DNA of 64,000 nt, taken from NCBI GenBank assembly GCA_040751795.1, contig JBFMHR010000003.1, positions 160,001 to 224,000 on the forward strand, in the 5' to 3' direction. How positions within the stretch are numbered: the first letter of the stretch is position 1; each line of letters starts with the position of its first letter. The notes beneath the pieces are model-generated. The model ran no database searches and was not told where the DNA came from. It worked only from the letters and a program-made list of their open reading frames with translations. Of the stretch, positions 43,465 through 55,158 are shown piece after piece. This DNA comes from Thermoplasmatota archaeon. Its GTDB lineage: Archaea > Thermoplasmatota > Thermoplasmata > UBA10834. The translations under genes and the position numbers were made by a program.

Positions 43465-46205
43465 TCCCAGAACCGCTTCGTGCGCGCGTAGGTTATCTCC
43501 GCAGCGAGTATGTCCCTGAGGAACTCGTCCTCCTCGAGGTGGTACCTCGCGAGGATCCTCGCGGCGGTGTCAGCGCCCACGCCCCTTCCGACCATTGCCA
43601 TGGCCGCCTTCCTGCCGTGCGCCATGACCAGGTTGGCGTTCTTGTAGATCCTCTTCAGCGCCCTCCTCCCCTCCTCGTCGGAGGCCCCCCTCTTGAGGAC
43701 GTCGAAGTCCTTCTTGGCGTAGGGCTGGATGGCGGCGACCAGGACCCCGCCGCACTTCGAGCACCTCACCCTCTCCGGGAGCGAGCCCACGGTCGTCCTC
43801 CTCTGGCTCCTGCAGTTCATGCACACGGTGACGACGTCTTCGGACAGCAGTCTCTCCTTCAGGGCGAGGAGGACGGTCTTGTCCGCCCTCTGCGGCTGGA
43901 CCAGCTCCCGGCGGTCGCCTATCGCCTCGGTCCCCATCGGCGACAGCTTCCCGGCCACGAGCTCGATGGTCCCGTCCTGGATGCGCCTCAGGACGGTCGC
44001 CGTCCCCTCGACGTCCATGTTCTCCCAGAGGGTCTTCGACACCGCCTCCTCGAATATGGGGGAGTGCTCGAAGACGTCGATGAGCTTCGACACGTTCAGC
44101 ATCTTGTAGTCCGCGTCCTTCCGGACGGCGCCGAACTTCTTCGCCACGTGGACGAACTGCCAGCGCAGGTCGGACGAGTTGCGGACAATGAGCCTCATCA
44201 GCTGGTGGAGTCCGGCGGTGTCGGTCTCCTTGATCGTCCTGAGGACGTCGTCCACCCTCAGGCCCCGCGGCACCTCGAGCACGATCGAGTAGGGCTCGGT
44301 GTGGACCCCTATGCTCTCGCCGAACCTTGCGGCCAGCAGTGTGGTGACGAGCTTCGCGAGGGTCTCGTTCACCCTCGTCCCGAAGCAGCAGTTGACGACT
44401 ATGACGCCCTCGCCCTGCTCGACCGTCACCAGCTTGTCCGTCGGGACCGGGAGCCCCTTCTGGGCCGCGACCCACTCCTCGACCTCCCTCCTGGTGTCCG
44501 GGTCCGCGGGGTACACGTCCATCGGGAGCAGCCGGCGCATCGCCCCGACCTCCTGGGCGACCTCGTACGGGACGGGGATCTCCTCGCCTATCCACGAGGG
44601 GGTGGCGCCGATCTCCCTGACCTGCTCCACCATCACCTCGTCCTCCCCCACCTCTATGACGCGCCAGGTCCTGCCGCGGGCGACGAACGTGGCGTAGGGC
44701 TCCGCGTACGAGGCGACGAAGCTCTCGTCCAGCGTTCCGATGACCCTCCTCGACGACACCTCGCGTATCCTGTAGGTCCTCTCGTCGGGGATCATGGATA
44801 TGTTGTCGAAGAAGTGCCTCATGCCGTTCGTCTTCTTCCTGAAGGCGTCCTCGTCGTTCCACAGTATGTGCAGCTCTGCGAGGAGCCTCAGGACCTCGTC
44901 GAAGTCGGCGCGGAGGAGGTTCCTGAAGGGGTAGGCCCTCCTGATGACCGAGTACGCCCAGTCCTTCCCGACCTTCGGCTCAGTGAGGGTCATGGCGACA
45001 AGCTGGTTCGCGAGCACCCCGAGCGGGTTCTCCCGTATCCGGTACCGCTCCAGCTCCTCGAGCATCGCCCTCCGGGCGATGACGAGGCTCTCAGCCGTCT
45101 CGGAGGGGGTCGTGGTGATGACGGTGCCGGTCGACGTCTCGTAGTGCCTGTGCCCGGCCCTCCCCACGCGTTGTATCAGCCGCGTGACCTGCCTGGGGGA
45201 GTTGAACTGTATTGTGAAGTCGGCCGAGCCCACGTCGATGCCGAGCTCGAGCGACGAGGTGCATATCAGCGCCTTGAGCCTCTGCTCCTTGAAGTCGTCC
45301 TCCATCTGCACCCGTATGTCCTTCGACAGCGACCCGTGGTGCACGCCGACGCTGAACGCCTCGTCCCAGAGGTGGTACCTCACGCCGAGCGCCTCGGCGT
45401 AGTCCCTGGTGTTCACGAAGAAGAGGGTCGAGGCGTGCCCCTCGACCAGCTCCCGGCACCTCCTCATCGCCGCGACGTGCTTCTCGTCGGTCTGCAGGCG
45501 GGTTGCCAGGGCCTTGTCGCCGTCCGCCATCCGCGGGCTCTCCACCGAGATCGCCATCTCCTTAGCCGCGGAGACCTTGAGGTCCGTGACCCTCCTCCCC
45601 GCGCCGCCCAGGAAGCCGGAGACCTCGTCGACGGAGCCCACGGTAGCCGAGAGCCCTATCCTCTGGAACTCCCCTGCGATGCCGCAGAGCCGCTCCAGGC
45701 CGACCGCGAGCTGCGCCCCGCGCTCGTCCTCCGCGAGCTCGTGCACCTCGTCCACGACCACGTGCCTGACGTTGGCCAGGTGCCTGCGGAGGTTCCTCCC
45801 GGTGAAGAGGACCTGGAGCGTCTCGGGAGTGGTGATCATGACGTCGGGAGGGGACTTCGACTGCGCCGTCCTCTCCGACTGGGGGGTGTCGCCGTGCCTG
45901 ACCGCGACCTCGACGCCGACCGAGGCCCCCATCTCCTTGAGCCTCTTGAGGAGGTCCCGGTTCAGCGCCCTGAGCGGGGTGACGTAGAGGCATTTGATGC
46001 CCGGCCCGCTCTCCTTGGCCAGGAGCGTCAGGATCGGGAGCATCGCTGCCTCCGTCTTGCCGATGCCTGTCGGCGCCACGAGGAGGAGGTGGTCGCCCGA
46101 CAGGACCGCAGGTATGGCCTTCCTCTGAGGCTCGGTGGGCTCGGTGATGCCCTGTCCTGCGAGGAATGAGTTGAGCCTGGGGTCCAAGAGCTCGAATACG
46201 TTCAT
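43461..46205 (-). CDS. lhr: Lhr-family SF2 helicase (second paralog, 914 aa, C-terminal Zn finger)
   Basis: APTGIGKTEA, TPLRALNRD, DEVHE, HHGSLS, QRVGRAGH; CMNC..CSKCG; EITYARTKRFWD. Confidence 0.88.
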   Translation of the reverse strand: MNVFELLDPRLNSFLAGQGITEPTEPQRKAIPAVLSGDHLLLVAPTGIGKTEAAMLPILTLLAKESGPGIKCLYVTPLRALNRDLLKRLKEMGASVGVEVAVRHGDTPQSERTAQSKSPPDVMITTPETLQVLFTGRNLRRHLANVRHVVVDEVHELAEDERGAQLAVGLERLCGIAGEFQRIGLSATVGSVDEVSGFLGGAGRRVTDLKVSAAKEMAISVESPRMADGDKALATRLQTDEKHVAAMRRCRELVEGHASTLFFVNTRDYAEALGVRYHLWDEAFSVGVHHGSLSKDIRVQMEDDFKEQRLKALICTSSLELGIDVGSADFTIQFNSPRQVTRLIQRVGRAGHRHYETSTGTVITTTPSETAESLVIARRAMLEELERYRIRENPLGVLANQLVAMTLTEPKVGKDWAYSVIRRAYPFRNLLRADFDEVLRLLAELHILWNDEDAFRKKTNGMRHFFDNISMIPDERTYRIREVSSRRVIGTLDESFVASYAEPYATFVARGRTWRVIEVGEDEVMVEQVREIGATPSWIGEEIPVPYEVAQEVGAMRRLLPMDVYPADPDTRREVEEWVAAQKGLPVPTDKLVTVEQGEGVIVVNCCFGTRVNETLAKLVTTLLAARFGESIGVHTEPYSIVLEVPRGLRVDDVLRTIKETDTAGLHQLMRLIVRNSSDLRWQFVHVAKKFGAVRKDADYKMLNVSKLIDVFEHSPIFEEAVSKTLWENMDVEGTATVLRRIQDGTIELVAGKLSPMGTEAIGDRRELVQPQRADKTVLLALKERLLSEDVVTVCMNCRSQRRTTVGSLPERVRCSKCGGVLVAAIQPYAKKDFDVLKRGASDEEGRRALKRIYKNANLVMAHGRKAAMAMVGRGVGADTAARILARYHLEEDEFLRDILAAEITYARTKRFWD

Positions 46206-46430
46206 CTGCAGACGGTCACCTGCGGCCGTCGGGATTAAACCTTCTCGGCGATCCCTCCCCTGTCCGTCGCCTCCGCGCAGGGGGAGGCCCCGACCTTAGG
46301 TCAGTAGGCCGCAAAATGAGGGCAATACGGGGCGGAAGCGATTTATAGCGGGAGCCGGTTCGAAACCCTGACGGCGGGCAATGTACGGAATCATACTGCG
46401 CCGTCGGTAAACCATTCGGGGGAATAGGAA

Positions 46431-47816
46431 GTGAAGAAGGCATTAGGTGCGTTTTTCGCATCGGCAATAGTGATGGCACTGGCGTTCAGCGCGGTAGTCG
46501 TCAGTGCAGGAAATGGGAGCACCTGGCTCAGGGAGACGGAGGTGCCGGAGGAGACCCCGGTCGCCGACGACCTTGGGCTGGACGACTGGACCATCATGGT
46601 CTACATCGCCGGGGACAACAACCTCGAGATCAACGCCCTGGACGACCTCGATGAGATGGAGCTCGTGGGCTCATCCGACACTGTCAACATCATCGTCCTC
46701 ATGGACACCCTGACGCTCGTCGAAGGCACCCACTGGTACGTGATCGAGGCCGCGGCGGACGAGATCGACCACATCGACCTCGAGGCCGGCGTGAACGACT
46801 GCGACTGCGAGGCGGTCGCGGGCGCCTGCCCCGACGGGGACCTGAACATGGGCGACGGCGAGACGCTGAAGGACTTCATCGTGAAGTCGGCCGCCTACGC
46901 CCCGGCCGAGCAGTACATGCTCGTCCTCTGGGACCACGGCGGCGGCTGGTACGGCGTCTGCTGGGACGACAGCTCCGTCAGGGAGGAGGACGGCAGGATC
47001 GACAGGCTGACGGTCGACGAGTTCGGCAACGCCATAAGGGCGGCCGAGGAGGAGGCCGGCATATGGTTCACCGTGATCGGGTTCGACGCCTGCCTCATGT
47101 CGATGCTGGAGATCGCCTACGAGATACGCGACCTGGCCGACTACATGATCTCGTCCGTGACGGGCATACCCGTCGCCGGATGGCCGTACGACCTCTCGTT
47201 CGACGAGCTCATCGCCGACTCCAGCCTGGACGCGCTCACGCTCTCCGATGAGATCATCGAGGGCTACATCGAGTACTACTCCCTGTGCGCGGGCGAGGGC
47301 CTCGGCGGATGGATGGGCGTGACGCTGAACCTCATCGACCTGTCGGTCATCGGCGACCTCGCCATGGCCATGGACGCCCTGTCGTACGACCTGCAGGAGG
47401 CCTTCGAGTCCGGCGAGGTGAGCAGGGGGGCCCTGCTCTCCATCGCGAGCTCGCTGACCCCGGCGCTCGAGATGTACGGGCAGTCGTTCGCGTTCTCGGA
47501 CATCGGCGTGCTCGCCGAGGGCCTCGCGAACTTCGAGGCGTTCGAGGAGAGCGCGACAGCGGTTTCCGAGCTGATGCCGGCCGCGGTCCCGATGGTCGAA
47601 TGGGTCAGCCAGACGACCGGCGGCGCGTTCAACACGACCGGCCTCACGGTGTACTTCCCGGCCGCGTACTACTACACCTACATGGACTACGCGTACGAGA
47701 CCGAGGAGGAGGCGGCGGAGAACGACGAGCTCATCTACTTCGGGCTCGACTTCGCCACCGACACGAACTGGGACGAGTTCGTCCTGTACACCTGCCCGGC
47801 GGTCGTAGAGGAATAG
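46431..47816 (+). CDS. Secreted clostripain-related cysteine peptidase (C11)
   Basis: Signal peptide; WTIMVYIAGDNNL; NMGD; WDHGGGW (His); FDACLM (Cys). Confidence 0.88.
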   Translation: MKKALGAFFASAIVMALAFSAVVVSAGNGSTWLRETEVPEETPVADDLGLDDWTIMVYIAGDNNLEINALDDLDEMELVGSSDTVNIIVLMDTLTLVEGTHWYVIEAAADEIDHIDLEAGVNDCDCEAVAGACPDGDLNMGDGETLKDFIVKSAAYAPAEQYMLVLWDHGGGWYGVCWDDSSVREEDGRIDRLTVDEFGNAIRAAEEEAGIWFTVIGFDACLMSMLEIAYEIRDLADYMISSVTGIPVAGWPYDLSFDELIADSSLDALTLSDEIIEGYIEYYSLCAGEGLGGWMGVTLNLIDLSVIGDLAMAMDALSYDLQEAFESGEVSRGALLSIASSLTPALEMYGQSFAFSDIGVLAEGLANFEAFEESATAVSELMPAAVPMVEWVSQTTGGAFNTTGLTVYFPAAYYYTYMDYAYETEEEAAENDELIYFGLDFATDTNWDEFVLYTCPAVVEE

Positions 47817-47833
47817 GCCTGCAAAACACAACA

Positions 47834-47866
47834 CCGGGGCCGGGCCGCGCGCGCGGCCCGCCCTGG
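47834..47866 (+). terminator. GC-rich hairpin downstream of the C11 peptidase
   Basis: GGGCCGCG-CG-CGCGGCCC core inverted repeat followed by a T-rich tract. Confidence 0.4.
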
Positions 47867-47896
47867 TCAGTTTTATCCAATCTGTTTTTATCGTGA

Positions 47897-49201
<1,305 letters not shown>

Positions 49202-49465
49202 CCTCCGCCCAGGGCCAGGTCCTCAGCGAGAGGGCCCATCCACGGGAGCGTCTGAGGCCAGCGCGCGCGTTCGGCGTCATTCAACCATTTGAACAGGGTA
49301 AGATGGGGCATTTGACCATAAATCGAGGGATATATCTCGGCAATCAACCATTCTAATGTCCGATTTGCGGCACAATGATGATTATGGTTGTCCGCGGTTC
49401 GCCGTTCGCAGACCGGCGGCAGGACAGGCGCGTCGCGCAGCTCGCCGCCGGGGCGGAAGGTGAGC

Positions 49466-50755
49466 ATGATGTCCCCGAAGGGAGTTGCACGGAACAGCGG
49501 CCTGCGAGACCAGACCGACAGGAACCAGAACGGCCTCAACAACCCGCCCGTTGCAAAGCCCAGGCTCGGGCGCATCAAGCTGGTCGACACGACCTGCAGG
49601 GACGGGGAGCAGATGCCGGGGATCTCCTTCACCTGCGACGAGAAGGTCGGCATCGCCCTCGGGCTCGAGGGGCTCGGGGTGGAGCAGATCGAGACCTTCG
49701 CCACGTACAACGACAGCGACAGGAGGTGCGCGGAAATCCTCAGCGCCCGCCTGGGCAGCGCCTCGCTGATGGGGTGGAACAGGATGGTCAAGGCCGACGT
49801 CGACGACTCCGTCTCGCACGGGGTGGACGCCGTGTCGGTCTCGACCGACACCTCCGACATAGCGCTCGCGAGCAAGCTCAGGATCACGAGGGCGCAGCAG
49901 ATCGATGCGCTGGTGGACTGCGTCGAGCACGCCAAGGCGCACGGCGTCTACGTGTGCTTCAACGCGGGCGACGCCACGAGGACGGACCCCGACTACCTCG
50001 TCGAGTTCGCGAGGGCCGGGCTCGAGGCGGGCGGGGACAGGTTCAGGATCTGCGACACGGTCGGGGTCCTCACCCCCGCAGGTGCATCGTCCCTCGTCTC
50101 CAAGGTCATGTCCAGCGTCGACATCGACGTCGAGTTCCACGCCCACAACGACTTCGGGCTGGCGGTGGCCAACGCCCTCGCCGCGTGCGAGGCAGCCGCC
50201 GCGTTCCCCGAGAGGACGCTGTGGCTATCCACCACGGTGAACGGGCTGGGGGAGCGCGCCGGCAACGTGCCGCTCGAGGTCCTGGTGATGAACCTCCGGG
50301 CCCACTACGGGGTGGAGACTTACAGCGCGGAGCGCATCATGCCGCTCTGCAGGCGCGTCGAGAAGGCCTCGGGGCTGGGGATACCGCCCAACCACCCCGT
50401 CGTCGGCGGGAACATGTTCACGCACAAGTCCGGCATACACGTGGACGGCGTCCTGAAGGAGCCGGCGCTCTACGAGGCCTTCGACCCTGGGCCGCTCGGC
50501 CTGTCCAGGAGGATAGCGATAGGGAAGCACTCGGGGAAGGCCTCCATCAGGCACAAGCTCGACCAGATGGGCCTCTCGGTCCCGCCCGGGGCGGTGGAGG
50601 CGATCCGCTGCGAGGTGAGCGCTTCTGGGGAGAGGGTGAAGAGGGACCTCACCGACGATGAGTTCGCGCGGATATGCTCGAAGTACGCGGGCGGCTCGTC
50701 CCCCAACGAGAAGAGGGTCGCGGCGATCGACGCCAACATCCCGTGGGGGAAGTGA
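49466..50755 (+). CDS. DRE-TIM metallolyase (homocitrate synthase-like; candidate Re-citrate synthase)
   Basis: DTTCRDGEQ, CDTVG, HAHNDFGLA, NGLGERAGN, HKSGIHVDG, GKHSG; no LeuA regulatory domain; GGTGA RBS. Confidence 0.85.
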   Translation: MMSPKGVARNSGLRDQTDRNQNGLNNPPVAKPRLGRIKLVDTTCRDGEQMPGISFTCDEKVGIALGLEGLGVEQIETFATYNDSDRRCAEILSARLGSASLMGWNRMVKADVDDSVSHGVDAVSVSTDTSDIALASKLRITRAQQIDALVDCVEHAKAHGVYVCFNAGDATRTDPDYLVEFARAGLEAGGDRFRICDTVGVLTPAGASSLVSKVMSSVDIDVEFHAHNDFGLAVANALAACEAAAAFPERTLWLSTTVNGLGERAGNVPLEVLVMNLRAHYGVETYSAERIMPLCRRVEKASGLGIPPNHPVVGGNMFTHKSGIHVDGVLKEPALYEAFDPGPLGLSRRIAIGKHSGKASIRHKLDQMGLSVPPGAVEAIRCEVSASGERVKRDLTDDEFARICSKYAGGSSPNEKRVAAIDANIPWGK

Positions 50756-50769
50756 GGAGGGGGACCGGC

Positions 50770-52023
50770 ATGGGCAAGACGATCGCGGAGAAGGTGCTGA
50801 GCGACCGCTCGGGCTCCGACTGCTGGGCGGGGGACATGACCGTCGCGTCCGTGGACTTCTGCATGGCCCAGGACGGGACGTCCACGATGATGATGCGGGA
50901 GCTGGAGTCCCTCGGGTTCGAGGCGCCCCGCACCCGCCGCGGCATGGCCATGGTGATAGACCACAGCTCGCCCAGCCCTTCGGCCAACATATCCAGGATC
51001 CACGGCCGCATCAGGGCGTTCGCCCGGTCCCACGGCATCCCGCTCTGCGACATAGGCGGGGGCGTGTGCCACCAGGTGGTCCCGGAGAGCGGGAAGGTCC
51101 TCCCCGGCGACCTGGTCGTCGGGGCGGACTCGCACACGTGCACATACGGGGCCCTGAACGCCTGCTCGACGGGGCTCGGCTCCGCCGACGTCGCCGCGGC
51201 CGCGTTCACCGGGAGGCTGTGGTTCAGGGTGCCAGAGTCGTACCGGGTCGAGCTCTCGGGGCGGCTCCCTGCGCGCGTAAGCACGAAGGACCTGGCCCTG
51301 GACCTGATAGGCCAGGTCGGCGCCGACGGCGCAACCTACAAGTCCATTGAGTACTCAGGCGACGGGCTCGCATCGCTGCCGATGGACGGCAGGATGACAG
51401 TCGCCAACATGGCAGTGGAGATGGGGGCGAAGTTCTCCCCGTTCCCGTTCGATTCGTACACGCGCGAATGGTACGCGTCCAGGGGGGTCGACCCCGGGCC
51501 GGGGGTGTCCGGGGACCCCGATGCCGATTACGAGCGGGGGCTCGACGTCGACCTGGCCAGCATCGTGCCGAAGGTCGCCGCCCCTCACCAGGTGGACAAC
51601 GTGCGCGATGTCTCGGAGCTGGCGGGCACGCCCGTGCAGCAGGTCTTCGTCGGGACATGCACCAACGGCCGGCTTGACGACCTAAGGTCCGTCGTCTCCG
51701 TGATGAGGGGGCGCCGGGTGATGGACGGCGTCCGCATGATCGTCGCGCCGGCCTCCAGGGAGGTCATGCTCAGAGCGACGGATGAAGGGGTGATGTCGCA
51801 GCTGGTCAGGTCGGGGGCGGTGGTCATGCCTCCAGGGTGCGGGCCCTGCGTCGGGACTCACGCGGGCGTGCCGGCTGACGGAGAGAACGTGGTGTCGACG
51901 GCGAACCGGAACTTCAGGGGCAGGATGGGCAACAACCAGGACGTGAACATATTCCTGGTCTCCCCTGAGACCGCTGCGGCGACGGCTGTCACGGGCGAGA
52001 TCACGGACCCGAGGGAGGTGTGA
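50770..52023 (+). CDS. LeuC/HacA-family (homo)aconitase large subunit
   Basis: MGKTIAEK, QDGT, DH, GVCHQ, GADSHTCT, GTCTNGR, PGCGPC, STANRNF.GRMG. Confidence 0.9.
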   Translation: MGKTIAEKVLSDRSGSDCWAGDMTVASVDFCMAQDGTSTMMMRELESLGFEAPRTRRGMAMVIDHSSPSPSANISRIHGRIRAFARSHGIPLCDIGGGVCHQVVPESGKVLPGDLVVGADSHTCTYGALNACSTGLGSADVAAAAFTGRLWFRVPESYRVELSGRLPARVSTKDLALDLIGQVGADGATYKSIEYSGDGLASLPMDGRMTVANMAVEMGAKFSPFPFDSYTREWYASRGVDPGPGVSGDPDADYERGLDVDLASIVPKVAAPHQVDNVRDVSELAGTPVQQVFVGTCTNGRLDDLRSVVSVMRGRRVMDGVRMIVAPASREVMLRATDEGVMSQLVRSGAVVMPPGCGPCVGTHAGVPADGENVVSTANRNFRGRMGNNQDVNIFLVSPETAAATAVTGEITDPREV

Positions 52024-52026
52024 GGC

Positions 52027-52539
52027 ATGGGTGACATACTCAAAGGGACCGCGCACAGGTTCGAGCCGAACGACGACATCAACACCGACTACATCATATC
52101 GGGCCGCTACAAGTTCAAGATCGACGACATGGACGACCTCGCCAGGCACGTCATGGAGGACATCGACCCGACATTCGCCTCGAGGGTGGCGCCGGGCGAC
52201 TTCATAGTCGCGGGGCGCAACTTCGGATGCGGCTCCAGCAGGGAGCAGGCCCCCAGGGCGCTGAAGGCCGCGGGGGTGTCGGCGGTGCTGGCGAAGTCCT
52301 ACGCGCGCATCTTCTACAGGAGCTCGTTCAACGTCGGCCTGCCCCTGGTGCAGTGCGACACCGACTGGGTGCTCCAGGGGGACGGGCTGACCGTCGACCT
52401 CGCCACGGGCGAGGTCTCCTGCCCGGCACGCGGGACGGGCGCGAAGGCGTCCGCTGTCCCCCGGCTCATGCAGGCGCTGCTCGACGACGGGGGCCTGGTC
52501 CCCCACTTGAGGAAACACGGGGGATTCTCCCTCGAGTGA
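52027..52539 (+). CDS. LeuD/HacB-family small subunit
   Basis: [27 protein letters not shown]. Confidence 0.9.
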   Translation: MGDILKGTAHRFEPNDDINTDYIISGRYKFKIDDMDDLARHVMEDIDPTFASRVAPGDFIVAGRNFGCGSSREQAPRALKAAGVSAVLAKSYARIFYRSSFNVGLPLVQCDTDWVLQGDGLTVDLATGEVSCPARGTGAKASAVPRLMQALLDDGGLVPHLRKHGGFSLE

Positions 52540-52551
52540 GGAAGTGGGGCC

Positions 52552-53718
52552 ATGCCAATCGAGACCAGCGCATCGGATGTCCCCTTCATACCTGGGGACG
52601 GGATCGGACCGGAGATAATGGAGGCCGCACGGATGGTGCTGGACGCGGCCGTCTCCATCTCCACCGGCGGGCGCAGGTCGATCCGGTGGGTCGAGCTGCA
52701 GGCCGGCGAGAGCTCGTACGCGTCATCGGGCGAGTGGCTGCCAGCGGCAACGCTCTCCTCCATACGCAGGGCGGGCGTCGCCATGAAGGGCCCGCTGGCC
52801 ACACCGGTGGGCGGGGGGATAAGGAGCCTGAACGTGGCCCTCCGGCAGGCCCTGGACCTGTACGCGTCCGTGAGGCCGGTGCGGCACATCACGGGCGTCC
52901 CATCGCCTGTGAGGCACCCCGAGTCCGTCGACCTGGTGATATTCAGGGAGAACACCGAGGACGTCTACGCGGGGATCGAATGGGGCAGGGGTACGGAGGG
53001 AGCCAGGAAGGTCCGCGAGTTCCTCAGGGACTCGCTGGGGATCGACGTCCCGGAAGACTCCGGTCTCGGCCTCAAGCCCATCTCGGAGCGCGCCACCAAG
53101 AGGCTGGTGAGGGCGGCGATCTCGTACGCCGCCGGCAGCGGGAGGGGGGTGGTCACCCTGGTCCACAAGGGGAACATCATGAAGTCCACCGAGGGGGCGT
53201 TCAGGGACTGGGGGTACGAGGTCGCGCGGGACGAGTTCCCGGGGACCGCCGTGTTCAGCGCGGCCGCGGCCCAAGTCGGCAAGGTCCTCGTCAACGACAG
53301 GATCGCCGACAACATGTTCCAGCAGGTCCTCACGAGGCCTTCGGAGTACTCAGTCCTCGCGACCCCAAACCTCAACGGGGACTACCTCGCCGACGCGTGC
53401 GCCGCCCAGGTCGGCGGCCTCGGGTTCGCGCCGGGCGCGAACATCGGCGACGCGGCGGCCGTGTTCGAGCCGGTCCACGGGACGGCGCCCAAGTACGCCG
53501 GAAAGGACGTCGCCAACCCCTGCGCGCTGGTGCTCTCCGGGGCCCTCATGCTCGAGCGCCTGGACATGGAGGACGCGGCCAGGTCGGTCCTCAGGGCGCT
53601 CGAGGGGACCCTCGCCGACGGCGTCGCCACGGAGGACGTGGCCAGGGCGAAGGCCGGGGTCAGGGCCGTCGGGACGCGGAGGTTCTCGGAGGAGGTCGTG
53701 TCCAGGATGACGGGGTGA
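52552..53718 (+). CDS. icd: NADP-dependent isocitrate dehydrogenase (E. coli-type dimeric)
   Basis: GDGIGPEI, KGPLATPVGGGIRSLNVALRQ, FRENTEDVYAGIEW, VHKGNIMK, NLNGDY, HGTAPKYAG. Confidence 0.9.
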   Translation: MPIETSASDVPFIPGDGIGPEIMEAARMVLDAAVSISTGGRRSIRWVELQAGESSYASSGEWLPAATLSSIRRAGVAMKGPLATPVGGGIRSLNVALRQALDLYASVRPVRHITGVPSPVRHPESVDLVIFRENTEDVYAGIEWGRGTEGARKVREFLRDSLGIDVPEDSGLGLKPISERATKRLVRAAISYAAGSGRGVVTLVHKGNIMKSTEGAFRDWGYEVARDEFPGTAVFSAAAAQVGKVLVNDRIADNMFQQVLTRPSEYSVLATPNLNGDYLADACAAQVGGLGFAPGANIGDAAAVFEPVHGTAPKYAGKDVANPCALVLSGALMLERLDMEDAARSVLRALEGTLADGVATEDVARAKAGVRAVGTRRFSEEVVSRMTG

Positions 53719-55014
53719 TCACCGTTCGGCGAGGCGCTTCCTCAAGTCCCTCCTCTGCCTCCGGTCTATCCCCTTCTCCGTGGCGAAGCTGAACACGGTC
53801 GTGAGGACCGTGGTCCCGAGTATGACGACCAGGGTCGTGTTGAGGAAGAGCAGGCTGAGCTCGTCCGACCACACGTCCGTGTAGGTGGCGAGCATGACCG
53901 GGGGCAGGGTGGCGAGCACCGCGGCGGCCAGCCCCCGCGGCATGCTGGCGAAGACGGTCTCCGCGTCCTCTATGTTGAGGTCGCCGAGCTTCCACGCCGA
54001 CAGGGACGCGACCCACCTGACGAGGACTATCATGCTTATGGTGAGCAGGCCCGCCACGAGGTGGATCTCGGTGAAGGTCCCCAGCCTGAAGAACAGGCCC
54101 AGGTACACGAAGAAGAAAGTCCTGACGAAGAAGGTTATCTCGGAATGGAACTGCTGTATCTGCAGGTTCGTCGCGTTGGAGAGCGAGAGCGACGAGAGAC
54201 GCCTCTTGACGACCTGCCTGTTCCCTATTGCGAGGCCGAAGGCCAGCGCCGCGATCGCGCCGGAGCTGTTGAGCGGAGGCAGCTCGACGGCCCCGGCGAC
54301 GATCACCAAGGCCCCGAAGGTCGTCATGTAGCAGAGCGGCTGGTTGCGCATCCTCTCCAGGACGAAGAGCCACCCGACGCCCCCGAGGAGGCCGACCACC
54401 CCGCCTATCAGGAACTTGCTGGCGAGGTCCGTCGTCACCGATAGGACCTCGAGTTCCCCGGTCATGACCACGGTGAGCATCGATAGTGCAACGACAATGA
54501 CGAGGACGTCGGTGACTATGCTCTCGGTTATCAGCATGGCCTTCGTCTGAGGACGTATCCGCATCTTGCTCACTATCGGGATCACGATTGCGCCGCTGGT
54601 CCCCCCCACTATCGCCCCCAGGGTGAGGCTCAGGAGGAGGTCTATCCCCATTATCAGGTGCAGCACGAAACCCACCGTGATGAAAGTGCCCAGGAACGCG
54701 CCCACCGACATGAACGCGGAGAGGCGCATGGAGTCGAGGACCGAGTGGATGTCGAGGCTCAGGCCCGCGTCGAAGAGTATCACGACCAGCGCGATGGCCA
54801 GGAAGAACCCCTTGAACTCGTCTATGGCATCCAGGACGTCGGAGGAGATCAGGTCGAACCTGTTGCCCGTCACATCCGGCCCGAAGACGATCCCGAGGGT
54901 GATGAGGATGAGGACGTCGGGCACTCGGAAGCGCTGGAAGACCACGCTCCCGGCGAATCCCAGGAAGATGACGCACCCGATTAGGAGGAACACCTTGTAT
55001 GTCTCAATGTCCAT
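53719..55014 (-). CDS. Cation:proton antiporter (CPA1, NhaP-like)
   Basis: About 12 TM; ILFDAGL, GTSGAIVIP, ESIVTD, FFVRTFFFVYLG, PRGLAAAVLA. Confidence 0.88.
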   Translation of the reverse strand: MDIETYKVFLLIGCVIFLGFAGSVVFQRFRVPDVLILITLGIVFGPDVTGNRFDLISSDVLDAIDEFKGFFLAIALVVILFDAGLSLDIHSVLDSMRLSAFMSVGAFLGTFITVGFVLHLIMGIDLLLSLTLGAIVGGTSGAIVIPIVSKMRIRPQTKAMLITESIVTDVLVIVVALSMLTVVMTGELEVLSVTTDLASKFLIGGVVGLLGGVGWLFVLERMRNQPLCYMTTFGALVIVAGAVELPPLNSSGAIAALAFGLAIGNRQVVKRRLSSLSLSNATNLQIQQFHSEITFFVRTFFFVYLGLFFRLGTFTEIHLVAGLLTISMIVLVRWVASLSAWKLGDLNIEDAETVFASMPRGLAAAVLATLPPVMLATYTDVWSDELSLLFLNTTLVVILGTTVLTTVFSFATEKGIDRRQRRDLRKRLAER

Positions 55015-55158
55015 GGCTCGCGCACCACGCCCCCGACCGCACGAATCTCGGGCCTGCGCGCAGTGGGTTCGGCGATTCGCATGGGACTGCGCACTAATAT
55101 CATTTTGTCAGTCCCTGCTTCGGGAACCGTGAAATAATCATCCGCACATTCACACCCG

